From Oikopleura dioica (lineage: Eukaryota > Animalia > Chordata), in contig OU015568.1 of assembly GCA_907165135.1 (NCBI GenBank), forward strand, positions 16,689,208 to 16,753,207: a DNA stretch of 64,000 nt, given 5' to 3'. Positions 63,382-64,000 of this stretch are shown here, in pieces; positions within the stretch are counted from its first letter, which is position 1, and every line of letters starts with the position of its first letter. A program made the position numbers and the translations under genes. The notes below the pieces were generated by a model. It made no database searches, had not been told where the DNA came from, and was given only the letters and a program-made list of their open reading frames with translations.

Positions 63382-64000
63382 GTCAAGCCCAAATTTAATT
63401 AAAAGCCAGGGAAGGGGGGGGGAAACGGCCCTTCGGGCCGTCAAGCCCAAATTTAATTAAAAGCCAGGGAAGGGGGGGAAACGGCCCTTCGGGCCGTCAA
63501 GCCCAAATTTAATTAAAAGCCAGGAAGGGGAAACGGCCCTTCGGGCCGTCAAGCCCAAATTTAATTAAAAGCCAGGGAAGGGGAAACGGCCCTTCGGGCC
63601 GTCAAGCCCAAATTTAATTAAAAGCCAGGGAAGGGGGGGAAACGGCCCTTCGGGCCGTCAAGCCCAAATTTAATTAAAAGCCAGGGAAGGGGGGGAAACG
63701 GCCCTTCGGGTCGTCAAGCCCAAATTTAATTAAAAGCCAGGGAAGGGGGGGAAACGGCCCTTCGGGCCGTCAAGCCCAAATTTAATTAAAAGCCAGGGAA
63801 GGGGGGGAAACGGCCCTTCGGGCCGTCAAGCCCAAATTTAATTAAAAGCCAGGGAAGGGGGGGAAACGGCCCTTCGGGCCGTCAAGCCCAAATTTAATTA
63901 AAAGCCAGGGAAGGGGGGGAAACGGCCCTTCGGGCCGTCAAGCCCAAATTTAATTAAAAGCCAGGGAAGGGGAAACGGCCCTTCGGGCCGTCAAGCCCAA
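63382..64000. repeat. Tandem satellite, ~56-bp unit (52-58), 11 full copies plus a partial, running off the window
   Basis: Unit GTCAAGCCCAAATTTAATTAAAAGCCAGGGAAG(n)AAACGGCCCTTCGGGCC. Unit starts at 63382, 63440, 63496, 63548, 63601, 63657, 63713, 63769, 63825, 63881, 63937, 63990. Confidence 0.97.

Noticed and set aside
63382-64000. CRISPR array
   Set aside because: The units are identical tandem copies without unique spacers, the context is eukaryotic, and there are no cas genes.

Overview
Compact animal genomic DNA, most consistent with the appendicularian tunicate Oikopleura. This is inferred from the ~37-65 nt introns, tightly packed co-oriented genes with an AG acceptor just before the ATG, and lineage-type secreted protein families. 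1-9.4 kb is a housekeeping cluster: RPL6, SLC35A, ZCCHC8, Kish/TMEM167, eEF2K, a Sec-containing SelW-like gene with a SECIS that the ORF track misses, and C18orf32. 9.7-28.5 kb holds secreted-protein genes: a PLA2-like pseudoenzyme, a Cys-rich/kelch-like propeller gene, and a ~4,600-aa FCGBP-like protein with 10 VWD assemblies and a near-perfect internal 2.33-kb repeat. 30-42 kb holds a pannexin, HTATIP2, a cbEGF protein, a mitochondrial DnaJ, PSMD3 and RBM22. 42.4-57.6 kb is an accessory zone of MITEs, orphan exons, more propeller-family genes and a scrambled mosaic of fragments from genes elsewhere in the window. A TRPM channel follows, and the window ends in a 56-bp hairpin satellite. All gene models were spliced by eye without database searches, so exact boundaries are approximate where stated.
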